Made by a program: the position numbers and the translations under genes
In this document: positions 9,203 to 18,752 of the stretch, one piece after another
Position numbering within the stretch: the first letter of the stretch is position 1
How the letters are laid out: each line of letters starts with the position of its first letter
The notes under the pieces: model-generated
The model's database searches: none
Told to the model about the DNA's origin: nothing
What the model saw: the letters and a program-made list of their open reading frames with translations, nothing else
Source: Eubacteriales bacterium
Lineage (GTDB): Bacteria; Bacillota; Clostridia; Oscillospirales; CAG-382
NCBI GenBank assembly: GCA_045612545.1
Contig: JAZKZH010000017.1
Span: 8,454 to 72,453, forward strand
Reading direction: 5' to 3'
Length of the DNA: 64,000 nucleotides

Positions 9203-10629
9203 ACTCCTGCGTCCTCCAAAACGGCTTCAAATACTCTGCCCACTTCCTCCTCCAGCACGAAGGAGATGTTCTCGGCAGTGACTTCCCTGCGGGAAAGAAC
9301 CTCCTGCCACCAAGCGGCATGCTTTGCGGTGCCCTCGGTATCCATGGGCAGGCCGCCCAGGAACCGTTCCTCCAGCTCCTTCATCTCCGCCTTCAGGCGG
9401 GCAGGCAGGACGGCAAGACCCATAACCTCGATGAGGCCGATATTTTCTTTTTTGATATGATGCTTTTCCGCATGGGGATGGTAAAGACCCATCGGGTGCT
9501 CTTCCGTGGTAAGGTTGTTTCTCAGCACCAGATCCAGCTGGAAGGCTTCCCCTTCTCTGCGGGCGATGGGCGTGATGGTGTTGTGCTTACCGCTTTCATC
9601 CTCTGCAATGACCATAGCGGCCGGGTCGGAATATCCGCGCCACCCATCTAAAATCACGCAAGCCAGCTGATGCACCCGTTCTTTGGTGCCTGTGAGGCGA
9701 AGAACGGAAAGAGGCCAATGGAGCCATTCGACGCGTACGTCGGGATAGTTTTTCAGTGCAAAGCTCTTGCGGCAGGATGCATTCTCCATAGCGAAGGTGT
9801 ATCTGCCACCTTGGAAATGGTCGTGGGTAAGAATGGAGCCGCCCACGATGGGAAGATCTGCATTGGAGCCGATGAAATAGTGAGGAAACTGCTGTGTGAA
9901 ATCCAAAAGACGGGCAAAGGTATCGTGGGTAATGCTCATGGGAGAATGGGTCTCCTTCAGCAGGATACAATGCTCGTTATAATAAACGTACGGAGAATAC
10001 TGCAGATGCCACGCCTCCCCTGCTACGGTGAGGGGGATGGTACGCAGATTCTGGCGTGCAGGGTGGTCGACCCTGCCGTGATACCCCACGTTTTCCGGAC
10101 AAAGCTGACACTTGGGGTAGTTGGACTGCTTTGCATGCTTGGCGGCGGCAATGGCCTTGGGATCCTTTTCCGGCTTGGAAAGATTCACGGTGATATCCAA
10201 TTCACCGTATTTCCCGCTGTATTTCCAGCGGAGATCCTTGGCAACCCGTTCCGTTCGGATATAGTTGGTGGACTTGGAAAGCGTATAGAAGAACTCCGTT
10301 GCCGTTGCGGGAGAAGAAGCATACAAGGTCTCAAAGGTGCTTGACACAGCAGAGGGCAGAGGGGTAAAGACACCCATCAGACGGGTATCGAACAGATCTC
10401 TGTCGGTGATGCCGTCTTCGATGATCCCTGTATCGAAGGCAAAATCACAAAGGCGATCCAAAAGGGTCTGTAAAGAAAGGCCTTCTGCGGCAGGCACTTC
10501 TTCAAAGCTGTCCAGCTGCAAAAGCTCCAAAAGACGATTGGTGTAGTAAATACGGTCTGCCTTTTCCGCCAGATGATTTTCTTCGGCGTAATCCAAAAGA
10601 GCAGTGAGATAAGAATATACGGTTTTCAT
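9139..10629 (-). CDS. galT: UDP-glucose:hexose-1-phosphate uridylyltransferase (class II GalT)
   Basis: ITVNLSKPEKDP, YPKCQLC, YSPYVYYNEH, GSNADLPIVGGSILTHDHFQGG and KENIGLIEVMG. Confidence 0.96.
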   Translation of the reverse strand: MKTVYSYLTALLDYAEENHLAEKADRIYYTNRLLELLQLDSFEEVPAAEGLSLQTLLDRLCDFAFDTGIIEDGITDRDLFDTRLMGVFTPLPSAVSSTFETLYASSPATATEFFYTLSKSTNYIRTERVAKDLRWKYSGKYGELDITVNLSKPEKDPKAIAAAKHAKQSNYPKCQLCPENVGYHGRVDHPARQNLRTIPLTVAGEAWHLQYSPYVYYNEHCILLKETHSPMSITHDTFARLLDFTQQFPHYFIGSNADLPIVGGSILTHDHFQGGRYTFAMENASCRKSFALKNYPDVRVEWLHWPLSVLRLTGTKERVHQLACVILDGWRGYSDPAAMVIAEDESGKHNTITPIARREGEAFQLDLVLRNNLTTEEHPMGLYHPHAEKHHIKKENIGLIEVMGLAVLPARLKAEMKELEERFLGGLPMDTEGTAKHAAWWQEVLSRREVTAENISFVLEEEVGRVFEAVLEDAGVYSPDSEGEAGISRFVESLEQ

Positions 10630-10663
10630 ACAATTTTCTCCCTCGGCGAGAATTCTTTTTTCA

Positions 10664-10727
10664 ATTATACACGGGTTTTTGAATTTGTCAAGAAAAGATT
10701 GACAGACGAAACAAAAAAAGGTATAAT
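10664..10727. promoter_or_regulatory. Back-to-back divergent SigA promoters (galT and the glycoside hydrolase)
   Basis: Minus TTGACA-N16-TATAAT (10664-10691); plus TTGACA-N17-TATAAT (10699-10727). Confidence 0.75.
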
Positions 10728-10758
10728 AGCTTCAAATAAAAAAAGAAACTGAGAGGTT

Positions 10759-13311
10759 ATGCTTATGAAGCGAACGTTACCTTTGATTTTGACCCTCTGT
10801 ATGCTGCTCTCTCTGCTCCCCTTTGCCGTGTACGGCGATGGTGCGGCAGAATTGGCAAAATACGATCTTTCCGGCATAGACGAGGAGTGCCGTACCGGAC
10901 AAATGGTGGTATATACCCAAGGCGGCCAATCAACCGGAACCTCCGAAAAATGCACCGAGGCCTTGGTTGACAAGGATGGCAAGATCATTTCCGTAGGAGG
11001 GTATAACAATACCGTTCCCGCAGGGGGCTTTGTTCTTGCGGGAAGCGGCTCCAAAGCCAAGATCGTGGAAGGCCTGAAGGTGGGCGACGGAATGTTTTAC
11101 AATACCTCCGCCATGAAGGTGACGGTGGTACCGGGAGACTATAACCCCTTCTACCAGACCTCCGTTACCGTAAACGGAGTGAATACCGTCCGCAAGCAGG
11201 ATACCATCATTCTGTTTGACGGCAAGGACGGCAAGACCACCACCGGCACCAACGCCTGGGGCTTTGAAGTCACGGTGGACAAAAACGGTTACGTCACCGT
11301 AGCAGACGGTAACGACAGCCAGATCCCCGAGGGCGGATTTGTCCTTTCCGGCCACGGCACCGGAAAAACAGCCCTTTCCGAGGCGGCAAGACTGGGCATG
11401 AAGGTTACCCTTTCCTCTGACAGAAAGAAGGCGACCTTTGCTTTCGACAAGGATTCTGCCTTGAAGGAATACGAGCAACAAAAGCTGGATCTGGCAGACG
11501 GATTGCAAAAGGCACTGCAGGAAGGTCGGCTGGTGGACAAAGCCGCTGTGGAGGAAGCTCTGAGCGTGCTGGAAACCATGCTGGGCAATATGGAAGGCTA
11601 TCTGGCGAAGAACAATTACACCGGATATCTCAAAACCGCTTCCGAATTCGAAAACGCTTGCAAAAACGTTCGCAGATCGATGACGGAGGATACACCCGTA
11701 GAGGGCCGCGGCGTTTGGCTCAGACCCACCCTCACCAAGGACAGAGATAAGATCTTTGAAACGGTGAGATCCATTTGGGAAGCGGGCTTCAATCAGGTCT
11801 ATCTTGAGGTTCAGTTCGACAACACCGTGATCATCCCCGTGCCGGAGGGAAGCTTGTATTCCCAGAACCCTGCACTTGTGGGAAGCGATATTCTGGAAAT
11901 TTATATTGAAGCTTGCCATTCCTACGGCATTGAGCTTCACGCATGGATGTCCGTATTCCGCACGGGCTACGAGGGATCTGCCAACACCAAGCTCAGCGTG
12001 GGCATGAAGAAGCCCGAATGGCGTCAGATCTCCAAAAACGGTGTGAACTACGTTGCCAACACGTACGGCAACGCCTTCTTCCTGAACCCCGCTTTGCCGG
12101 AGGTAAGGGAGTTCCTTTTGGAGACTTACCGTTACATCCTTGAAAACTACGATTTGGACGGCTTCCAGCTGGACTACATCCGCTACCCCAACAAGGCAGA
12201 CGGAGAAGAATTCGGCTATGACGAATACACCCTGAAGCTTTACAAGGATCAATACGGCAAGGATCCCAAAACCTTCGCCAACGGCAGTGCGGATTACACC
12301 CAGTGGGTACAATTCCGCGCAGACTTTGTGACGGAGTTTGTAAGAAGCGTGAAGGAGCTGATCGATGAGATCCGTCCCGACGTATATTTGGGTGCGGCAG
12401 TGGCTCCCGGTTATGCGAATTCTCTGGTGAACATGAATCAGGACTCCGTGAGATGGATGGAGGAAGAGCTGATCGACATCGTCTTCCCCATGGCATACGG
12501 CTCCACGGATGCGGTGATCCGCTATCTGGATGAAACCACCGCCGCGGCAGGAAAGAACGTATGCGTTTACGCAGGTGTCAGTGATCAGGGATACGAAATC
12601 CTGGAGGATCAGATTCTTGCCACCCGCGAAAATGGGGCGGACGGCATCGCCTTCTTCTCCTGGAACGTATACGACAGCCGCTACGATCCCATCGGAGAAT
12701 GGCTGTTTGAGGACAAAGCCCTCTCTCCCACCTACGACGGTAAGGCCGCAATGCTTGCACAGCTTGGGCAACTCGCAAAACGCTTGACCGGCGAAAAGCT
12801 TTCCGAAAAAGTGTCTACCGTCGCAGAAGCCTTGCAGGCGGGTAGCCTCACCTCTTGCAAGACAGAGCTGAAAAACCTGTTGGACGAACTTTCCGCTGCC
12901 GATGGAGTCAGCGAAGCCATGGCCGGAGATTTAGCGGTTGCATACCGCATTCTGGAAAACAACAAGGACGATGAAAAGGCGGAATACCGCAAAGAGCATC
13001 CCCTGCCCGATTCCCTGATCCCCGACGATGAAGAGCCCGAAGATCCCGGCGAGGGCGGCGAGGAAAGTGTGGAAGAAAGTGCAGAGGCAAGCGCGGAGGA
13101 AAGCGCAGAAGAAAGCAAGGATGAGGTTGTGCTCACCCCTGTGGAAAACACCTTCCGCATCATCTCTTTGGTGATTCTGTTCGGCGGATTGGCGCTGTTG
13201 CCCTTGTACTTCCTGCTGTACTCCCGCAGAAAGAAGATCATCCGCTCCTTTGAAGAACCCAAAGAAGAGGAAGAAGAACAGCCCTCTGAGGAAAACAGCT
13301 CGGAGGAATAA
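10759..13311 (+). CDS. Secreted, C-terminally anchored glycoside hydrolase (GHL10/DUF187-like)
   Basis: Signal peptide; two N-terminal repeats (PxGGFVLxG); EGRGVW, GIELHAWM, FLNPALPEVR, DGFQLDYIRYP and PMAY; acidic EES linker; C-terminal TM helix. Confidence 0.8.
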   Translation: MLMKRTLPLILTLCMLLSLLPFAVYGDGAAELAKYDLSGIDEECRTGQMVVYTQGGQSTGTSEKCTEALVDKDGKIISVGGYNNTVPAGGFVLAGSGSKAKIVEGLKVGDGMFYNTSAMKVTVVPGDYNPFYQTSVTVNGVNTVRKQDTIILFDGKDGKTTTGTNAWGFEVTVDKNGYVTVADGNDSQIPEGGFVLSGHGTGKTALSEAARLGMKVTLSSDRKKATFAFDKDSALKEYEQQKLDLADGLQKALQEGRLVDKAAVEEALSVLETMLGNMEGYLAKNNYTGYLKTASEFENACKNVRRSMTEDTPVEGRGVWLRPTLTKDRDKIFETVRSIWEAGFNQVYLEVQFDNTVIIPVPEGSLYSQNPALVGSDILEIYIEACHSYGIELHAWMSVFRTGYEGSANTKLSVGMKKPEWRQISKNGVNYVANTYGNAFFLNPALPEVREFLLETYRYILENYDLDGFQLDYIRYPNKADGEEFGYDEYTLKLYKDQYGKDPKTFANGSADYTQWVQFRADFVTEFVRSVKELIDEIRPDVYLGAAVAPGYANSLVNMNQDSVRWMEEELIDIVFPMAYGSTDAVIRYLDETTAAAGKNVCVYAGVSDQGYEILEDQILATRENGADGIAFFSWNVYDSRYDPIGEWLFEDKALSPTYDGKAAMLAQLGQLAKRLTGEKLSEKVSTVAEALQAGSLTSCKTELKNLLDELSAADGVSEAMAGDLAVAYRILENNKDDEKAEYRKEHPLPDSLIPDDEEPEDPGEGGEESVEESAEASAEESAEESKDEVVLTPVENTFRIISLVILFGGLALLPLYFLLYSRRKKIIRSFEEPKEEEEEQPSEENSSEE

Positions 13312-13341
13312 CCCCTTTATCACGAAAGGACAGACCATACC

Positions 13342-14376
13342 ATGTTAAGATTTGCATTCTTCGATACCAAGGCATACGATAAACCCGCTTTTGAAAAGCA
13401 CGCAGCTATCGGTGGCGTAGAATTCAAGTTTTTCGAAACCAAGCTGACCCCCGATACCGCTTCTCTTGCTCATGGGTTCGACGGCGTTTGCGTATTCGTC
13501 AACGATAGGATCGATAGCCGTGTGATCGACAGCCTGGTAGAAGGCGGAGTGAAGCTGATCGCCCTGCGGTGTGCGGGATACAACAACGTGGACGTGCCTT
13601 ACGCCTACGGAAAGATCCACGTGGTGCACGTTCCGGCTTACTCCCCCTATGCGGTGGCAGAGCATGCCATGGCCATGCTGTTGACCTCCGTGCGTCGTAT
13701 CCACAAGGCCTACAACCGCACCAAGGATCACAACTTCAGCCTCAGCGGGCTGACGGGCTTTGATCTCCACGGAAAAACCGTAGGCGTGGTGGGTACCGGT
13801 AAGATCGGCAGAATCTTCATCGACATTTGCAAGGGCTTCGGTATGCGGGTATTGGCCTATGACAAATTCCCCGCCGAGAATACCGATATCGCTTACGTCT
13901 CTCTTGAAGAGCTGTTTGCGGAAAGCGATATCATCTCTTTGCACTGCCCTCTCACCGATGAGACACGGCACATGATCTGCGGGGAATCTATTGACAAAAT
14001 GAAGAAAGGCGTGGTACTGGTGAACACCTCCCGCGGCGGGTTGGTGGATTCCAAGGCGTTGCTGGAGGGCATCAAGTCCCGCAAGGTGGGCGCCGCCTGC
14101 ATCGACGTTTATGAGGAGGAAGCGGATATCTTCTTTGAAGACCGTTCCGGGCACATTATTGACGACGATACCCTTGCGCGGCTGATTACCATGCCCAACG
14201 TGCTGGTGACCTCCCATCAAGCGTTTTTGACAGAGGAGGCACTGGAAAATATTGCGGAGACCACCGTGGGGAACATTTTGGGGTTCTTTGAAAACGGCGG
14301 TCACGAAAATGAGCTTTGCTACCGTTGCGGCAACACGGATTCCTGCAAAAAGCACCGTGTGGAAAAATGTTTTTAA
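13342..14376 (+). CDS. ldhA: D-lactate dehydrogenase / D-2-hydroxyacid dehydrogenase
   Basis: LRCAGYNNVD, VPAYSPYAVAEH, GTGKIG, NTSRG, DVYEEE and TSHQAFLT. Confidence 0.88.
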   Translation: MLRFAFFDTKAYDKPAFEKHAAIGGVEFKFFETKLTPDTASLAHGFDGVCVFVNDRIDSRVIDSLVEGGVKLIALRCAGYNNVDVPYAYGKIHVVHVPAYSPYAVAEHAMAMLLTSVRRIHKAYNRTKDHNFSLSGLTGFDLHGKTVGVVGTGKIGRIFIDICKGFGMRVLAYDKFPAENTDIAYVSLEELFAESDIISLHCPLTDETRHMICGESIDKMKKGVVLVNTSRGGLVDSKALLEGIKSRKVGAACIDVYEEEADIFFEDRSGHIIDDDTLARLITMPNVLVTSHQAFLTEEALENIAETTVGNILGFFENGGHENELCYRCGNTDSCKKHRVEKCF

Positions 14377-14398
14377 TTTCTGAAAGAAGGCGTATTTT

Positions 14399-15514
14399 TT
14401 GAAAACTCTGAAAAAATATCTGAACCGTTATTTCATCGATGCCATGGGTGCAATGGCGCTGGGGTTGTTTGCTTCCCTGCTCATCGGAACCATCTTCGGC
14501 ACGGTGTATAAGTACACAAGCCTTGAGCTGTTGAACACCATTGCGGCGTTCGCCAAGGGGGCAACCGGCGCCGCCATCGGCGTGGCCATTGCCCATCGCT
14601 TGGAGGCTCATCCATTGGTGATGTTCTCCTGCGGTGCGGTAGGCGCTATGTCCAACGCCATGGGCGCGGTGATCGGCGAAAATAACAGCCTTTTGAAGTG
14701 GGCAGTTACCGAGGGCGATGGCTCGGGCGTGTTTTACGCGGCAGGTCCCGCAGGAGCGTTTTTCGCGGTGATCATTGCCTGCGAGCTGGGACGGCTGGTC
14801 TCCAAAAAGACCAAGGTGGATATTCTGGTGACCCCGGTGGTGACGCTGATTGCGGGCTTTGCCGCCTCTTGGCTGCTTTGCCCCTTGGTTTCTTACCTCA
14901 TGTATTTCTTGGGTACCTTCGTTTCCTACGCCACCACCTTCCAGCCCTTGCTGATGGGCGTGGTGCTTTCCGTGGTGATGGGAATCGTGCTGACTCTGCC
15001 CATTTCCAGCGCGGCCATTTGCGCCATGATCTTTTCCGAAGCCGCTTATGAGGTGGCCCTTTCCAACGGCACGGCAGAAGGCTTCCTGCTGGCAGGCGGT
15101 GCTTGCGTAGCGGGCTGTTGCGCCCAGATGGTGGGCTTTGCGGTGATCAGCTTCCGTGAAAACCGATGGGGCGGCATCGTTTCCCAAGGCTTGGGAACCT
15201 CCATGCTTCAGATGGGCAATATTGCAAAGAAGCCCGTGATCTGGCTGGCACCCATCTTGGCTTCCGCCATCACCGGCCCGGTCTCCACCATGATCTTCGG
15301 CTTGCAGTGCAAGGGTGTTTCGGCGGGTATGGGCACTTGCGGATTGGTTGGCCCTATCGGCGTGATCGATGCCACAGCGGAGCCTAACGCTACGATGTGG
15401 ATCGGATTGATTACGGTTTGCTTGGTGCTTCCCGCGATCCTATCCCTTGCATTCAACGAGCTTTTCCGTAAGCTTGGCTGGATCCAAACCGGTGACATGA
15501 AGATCGAAGGGTAA
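14399..15514 (+). CDS. PTS EIIC-like membrane protein (PTS_EIIC_2 family)
   Basis: MALGLFASLLIG, LTLPISSAA, GLGTSMLQ and AGMGTCGLVG; many TM helices. Confidence 0.82.
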   Translation: MKTLKKYLNRYFIDAMGAMALGLFASLLIGTIFGTVYKYTSLELLNTIAAFAKGATGAAIGVAIAHRLEAHPLVMFSCGAVGAMSNAMGAVIGENNSLLKWAVTEGDGSGVFYAAGPAGAFFAVIIACELGRLVSKKTKVDILVTPVVTLIAGFAASWLLCPLVSYLMYFLGTFVSYATTFQPLLMGVVLSVVMGIVLTLPISSAAICAMIFSEAAYEVALSNGTAEGFLLAGGACVAGCCAQMVGFAVISFRENRWGGIVSQGLGTSMLQMGNIAKKPVIWLAPILASAITGPVSTMIFGLQCKGVSAGMGTCGLVGPIGVIDATAEPNATMWIGLITVCLVLPAILSLAFNELFRKLGWIQTGDMKIEG

Positions 15515-15529
15515 AAGCTACATAAAGCG

Positions 15530-15562
15530 AGAGAGCCTTGATGAAAAAAGGCTCTCTTTTTT
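15530..15562 (+). terminator. Intrinsic terminator
   Basis: GAGAGCCTT...AAGGCTCTC followed by a T run. Confidence 0.75.
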
Positions 15563-15727
15563 ACCGTTTCTTTACCGCCAAAGGTGTTTTTTGACAAATC
15601 TGCGGCGAAGGAGGCAGTCTGTTTTTTGCAGGTTGTGGATTTTCATTTTTCGATAGTCAATGTTCTTGACAAAAACGAAGGCATATGATAATATAGGTAG
15701 AAAAAATTCAAAGATAAGGAGAATCCT

Positions 15728-16834
15728 ATGGAATTTCTGTACGAAACCGTCCTTGCCGTCACTTGGCAGCAGGCGGTCATGTGGTTGATCGGCTTTGTGC
15801 TGATCTATCTTGCCATCAAGAAAGACATGGAACCCACCCTTCTGCTTCCCATGGGCTTCGGTACGCTGTTGGTCAACATCCCCGGCGTGGATGCCATTAT
15901 GGAGGAGGGCGCCATCAGCTCCCTTTACAACGCAGGCATTGCCAACGAGCTGTTGCCCCTGATGCCGTTGATCGGTATGGCGACCAGCAGTGAGTTCGGC
16001 CCTCTGCTTGCCAACCCCAAGCTGATGATCTTCGGCGCGGCGGCGCAGTTCGGTATCTTCTTTACACTGTGTCTCGCTTCCATGTTCTTCGGCGACAACG
16101 AGGCGGCTTCCATCGCCATCATCGGCGCGGCTGACGGTCCTACCGCTATTTCCGTATCCAACAAGCTGAACTGCGACCCAAGCATCCGCGGCGCGATCAT
16201 GGTTGCGGCATACTCTTACATGGCGCTGGTTCCCATCATTCAGCCTCCCGTGATCAAGCTTCTCACCACCAAGAAGGAGCGTATGATCCGCATGGATAAC
16301 CAGATGAAGCCCGTTTCCCAGACCACCAAGATCCTGTTCCCCATCGTGATCTTCATGGTATCGGCGTTGGTGGCACCCTCTGCGGCTTCCTTGGTGTTCT
16401 TCCTGATGTTCGGTAACCTGATCCGGGAGTGCGGCGTGCTGCACTCCCTTTCCGTCACCGCGCAGAAGGTTCTGGCAAATCTGGTCACCATCTTCCTGGG
16501 CATCTCCATTTCCATCCAGATGACCGGCGACAAGTTCCTCCAGCCCACCACTCTGCTGGTACTCGGTCTGGGTCTGTTCGCCTTCATCTTCGATACCGCC
16601 GGCGGCGTATTGCTGGCGAAGTTCCTGAACCTGTTCCTCAAGAAGAAGATCAACCCCATGATCGGCGCGGCAGGTATCTCCGCATTCCCCATGTCCGGAC
16701 GTATCGTCCACAAGATGGGTCTGAAGGACGATCCTCAGAACTTCCTGCTGATGCACTCCATCGGCGTGAACGTTTCCGGTCAGATCGCTTCCGTTGTGGC
16801 AGGCGGTATGATCTTAAGCATTTTCATGGGTTAA
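15728..16834 (+). CDS. oadB: Na+-translocating decarboxylase beta subunit (OadB/GcdB/MmdB family)
   Basis: EPTLLLPMGFG, FGAAAQFGIF, IIGAADGPT, AAYSYMALVPIIQPP, NPMIGAAGISAFPM and GVNVSGQI. Confidence 0.9.
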   Translation: MEFLYETVLAVTWQQAVMWLIGFVLIYLAIKKDMEPTLLLPMGFGTLLVNIPGVDAIMEEGAISSLYNAGIANELLPLMPLIGMATSSEFGPLLANPKLMIFGAAAQFGIFFTLCLASMFFGDNEAASIAIIGAADGPTAISVSNKLNCDPSIRGAIMVAAYSYMALVPIIQPPVIKLLTTKKERMIRMDNQMKPVSQTTKILFPIVIFMVSALVAPSAASLVFFLMFGNLIRECGVLHSLSVTAQKVLANLVTIFLGISISIQMTGDKFLQPTTLLVLGLGLFAFIFDTAGGVLLAKFLNLFLKKKINPMIGAAGISAFPMSGRIVHKMGLKDDPQNFLLMHSIGVNVSGQIASVVAGGMILSIFMG

Positions 16835-16853
16835 TATGGAGGTAGTTTGATAT

Positions 16854-16991
16854 ATGGAATTCAATCCCGAAAGATTTGTGGAAATGCTGCCCAACATGGG
16901 TTACGGGATGCTGGGCATCTTCGTAGTGATCGGTGCCATCGTGGTTGCCACTTACGTGCTGAACGGCATTTTCTCCAAGAAACAGCAGTAA
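16854..16991 (+). CDS. Small OadG-like (gamma/delta) single-TM decarboxylase subunit, 45 aa
   Basis: Below the ORF-track cutoff. GGAGG RBS then MEFNPERFVEMLPNMGYGMLGIFVVIGAIVVATYVLNGIFSKKQQ*; GMLGIFVV resembles the OadG TM; lies directly after oadB. Confidence 0.8.
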   Translation: MEFNPERFVEMLPNMGYGMLGIFVVIGAIVVATYVLNGIFSKKQQ

Positions 16992-17007
16992 TCATCCCGA
17001 CAAAAGA

Positions 17008-17045
17008 AACAGACCGCTTCCCATTTGGGGGGCGGTCGTTTTTTC
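17008..17045. terminator. Terminator between the convergent oadG-like gene and tsaA
   Basis: GACCGCTTCCCA-TT-TGGGGGGCGGTC with a T tract. Confidence 0.7.
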
Positions 17046-17046
17046 G

Positions 17047-17712
17047 TTATTTCGTTTCTTCCACGGAGACCACGGTGAGCGTGCTTCCGTCCACGGTGAA
17101 GCGGATCTCCAGACCCGCAAAAGGAAAGCCGTAGACGCGGTTCGGATCCTGCTGATACGCAGGGCGGGGGTCTTGCGAGAGGATCTCATGCAGGGGGACA
17201 CGGTATTGCTCCGGCACTTTGGCAAGAAGCTCCTTCGGGAAAATCACCTGCAAAGCGTATTCCCGTAAAGGCTCTGCAAAGCCGCCAAGGGCGTCGGGAT
17301 AGGCATCCGCAAAGGGCAGGTAGGGCTTGATATCCAGAATGGGTGTGCCGTCCATGAGATCCGCACCGGACACCACCAATTCGTTCCCTTCGATGCGCAA
17401 CAGCTTTACGCAAGAAAGGCCGATGGGATTGGGGCGGAAGGGAGAACGGGTGGCAAACACACCCATGCGGGTATTTCCTCCCAAGCGGGGCGGTCGTACC
17501 GTGGGAGACCATTCCTCCCGTACAGCCTCGGAGAACACCCAGATCAGCCAGATATGGGAAAAATCCTCCAAGCCCCGCAGAGCGTCCTTATTTCTGTATT
17601 CCGTTTCGAACACGACCCGGGATTCCAGCATATCCAGAATACCGCTTTGGCGCGGGATCCCGAACTTTGTGGGAAAGGGGGTGCGGATGTGAGCGATAGG
17701 CTTCATTTCCAT
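17047..17712 (-). CDS. tsaA: tRNA t6A37 N6-methyltransferase TsaA/TrmO
   Basis: KFGIPRQSG, PTVRPPRLGGN, GVFATRSPFRPNPIGLS and DGTPILDIKPY; start re-called at MEMKPIAH (17712). Confidence 0.93.
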   Translation of the reverse strand: MEMKPIAHIRTPFPTKFGIPRQSGILDMLESRVVFETEYRNKDALRGLEDFSHIWLIWVFSEAVREEWSPTVRPPRLGGNTRMGVFATRSPFRPNPIGLSCVKLLRIEGNELVVSGADLMDGTPILDIKPYLPFADAYPDALGGFAEPLREYALQVIFPKELLAKVPEQYRVPLHEILSQDPRPAYQQDPNRVYGFPFAGLEIRFTVDGSTLTVVSVEETK

Positions 17713-17725
17713 AAAAAATCCTTTT

Positions 17726-17758
17726 TGAAAAGCCGCACCCGAGGGCACGGCTTTTTTG
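17726..17758 (-). terminator. Terminator after mscS
   Basis: AAAAGCCG..CCCGAGGG..CGGCTTTT. Confidence 0.6.
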
Positions 17759-17770
17759 TTTTCAAACAGA

Positions 17771-18589
17771 TCAGTCCTTGCGAATGCGTACGTCCATCTG
17801 CTTATAGGGAACCTCAATACCCGCCATGTCGAAGGCCTTCTTTGCGGTTTCGTTGAGGTCGAAATTGACAGTCCAATAATCTTCCTTCTTGACCCATGCC
17901 CGGATGACGAAGCCAAGGCCATCCTCGGTTCTGCCGGTATAGACCACGGCAGAGGCGGGATCCTTCAGCACCAGAGAATGGGCGGAAGCCAGAGAGCTGA
18001 GGAGATCGCGCACACGGTCGATATCGCTGTCTGCCGACACGGTAAGAGAAACGTCCACGCGGCGGATGTCCTTCTTGGAATAGTTGGTGATGGTGCTGTT
18101 CATCAAGGTGCCGTTGGGCAGGGTGACGGTCTTGTTATCGGGGGTGCAAAGCACGGTGTACATAATGGAGATCTCCTCCACGGTACCGGAAACGCCCTGA
18201 GACTCCACGAAATCATCCACCCGGAAGGGCTTGAAGATCAGCAGCATAAGCCCGCCCGCCAGATTGGAAAGGGAGCCTTGCATAGCCAAGCCGATGGCGG
18301 CGCCTGCAGTTGCCAGCACAGCAACCACGGAAGCCATGGGAACGCCCATCACACCGATGGCGGAAACCACGATAATGGTTTTCAGACCGATGTTCACACA
18401 GTTAATAAAGAAGGATCCCACGGTACGGTCCATCTTGGCGACCATTTTGCTCTTACGCAAACGCTTTACGAAGGCGTTGGTGCAAAGGAAGCCTACCAGC
18501 AGGATCAGACCCGCCAGGATCAACCTACCTCCCACGGAAACACAAAGGTCTACCAGGGAATTCAAAAAGTTTTCCATAAATACCTCCAA
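17771..18589 (-). CDS. mscS: Small-conductance mechanosensitive channel
   Basis: AIGLAMQGSLSNLAGG, KPFRVDDFVE, GTVEEI and TNYS..RRVD. Confidence 0.92.
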   Translation of the reverse strand: MEVFMENFLNSLVDLCVSVGGRLILAGLILLVGFLCTNAFVKRLRKSKMVAKMDRTVGSFFINCVNIGLKTIIVVSAIGVMGVPMASVVAVLATAGAAIGLAMQGSLSNLAGGLMLLIFKPFRVDDFVESQGVSGTVEEISIMYTVLCTPDNKTVTLPNGTLMNSTITNYSKKDIRRVDVSLTVSADSDIDRVRDLLSSLASAHSLVLKDPASAVVYTGRTEDGLGFVIRAWVKKEDYWTVNFDLNETAKKAFDMAGIEVPYKQMDVRIRKD

Positions 18590-18690
18590 ATGATTTTCTT
18601 TTCTCCATTTATTTTAATCTCCTTGCATGGCCTTGTCAAGAGGAAAACGCGTTTTTTTATGTTGAAGCCATAAATTTTAACAGCTTCTTC

Positions 18691-18719
18691 TTGACAATCG
18701 GGGAAAGAAGATGTATACT
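18691..18719 (+). promoter_or_regulatory. SigA promoter of the soj-spo0J-serS operon
   Basis: TTGACA-N17-TATACT. Confidence 0.8.
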
Positions 18720-18752
18720 GTTTCTGATTGATAAACTGGAGATTTTATAGAT

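Noticed and set aside
16847-17134. 95-aa ORF from the track after oadB
   Set aside because: Wrong frame and runs through the terminator. The 45-aa ORF at 16854-16991 has the RBS and the OadG-like TM.
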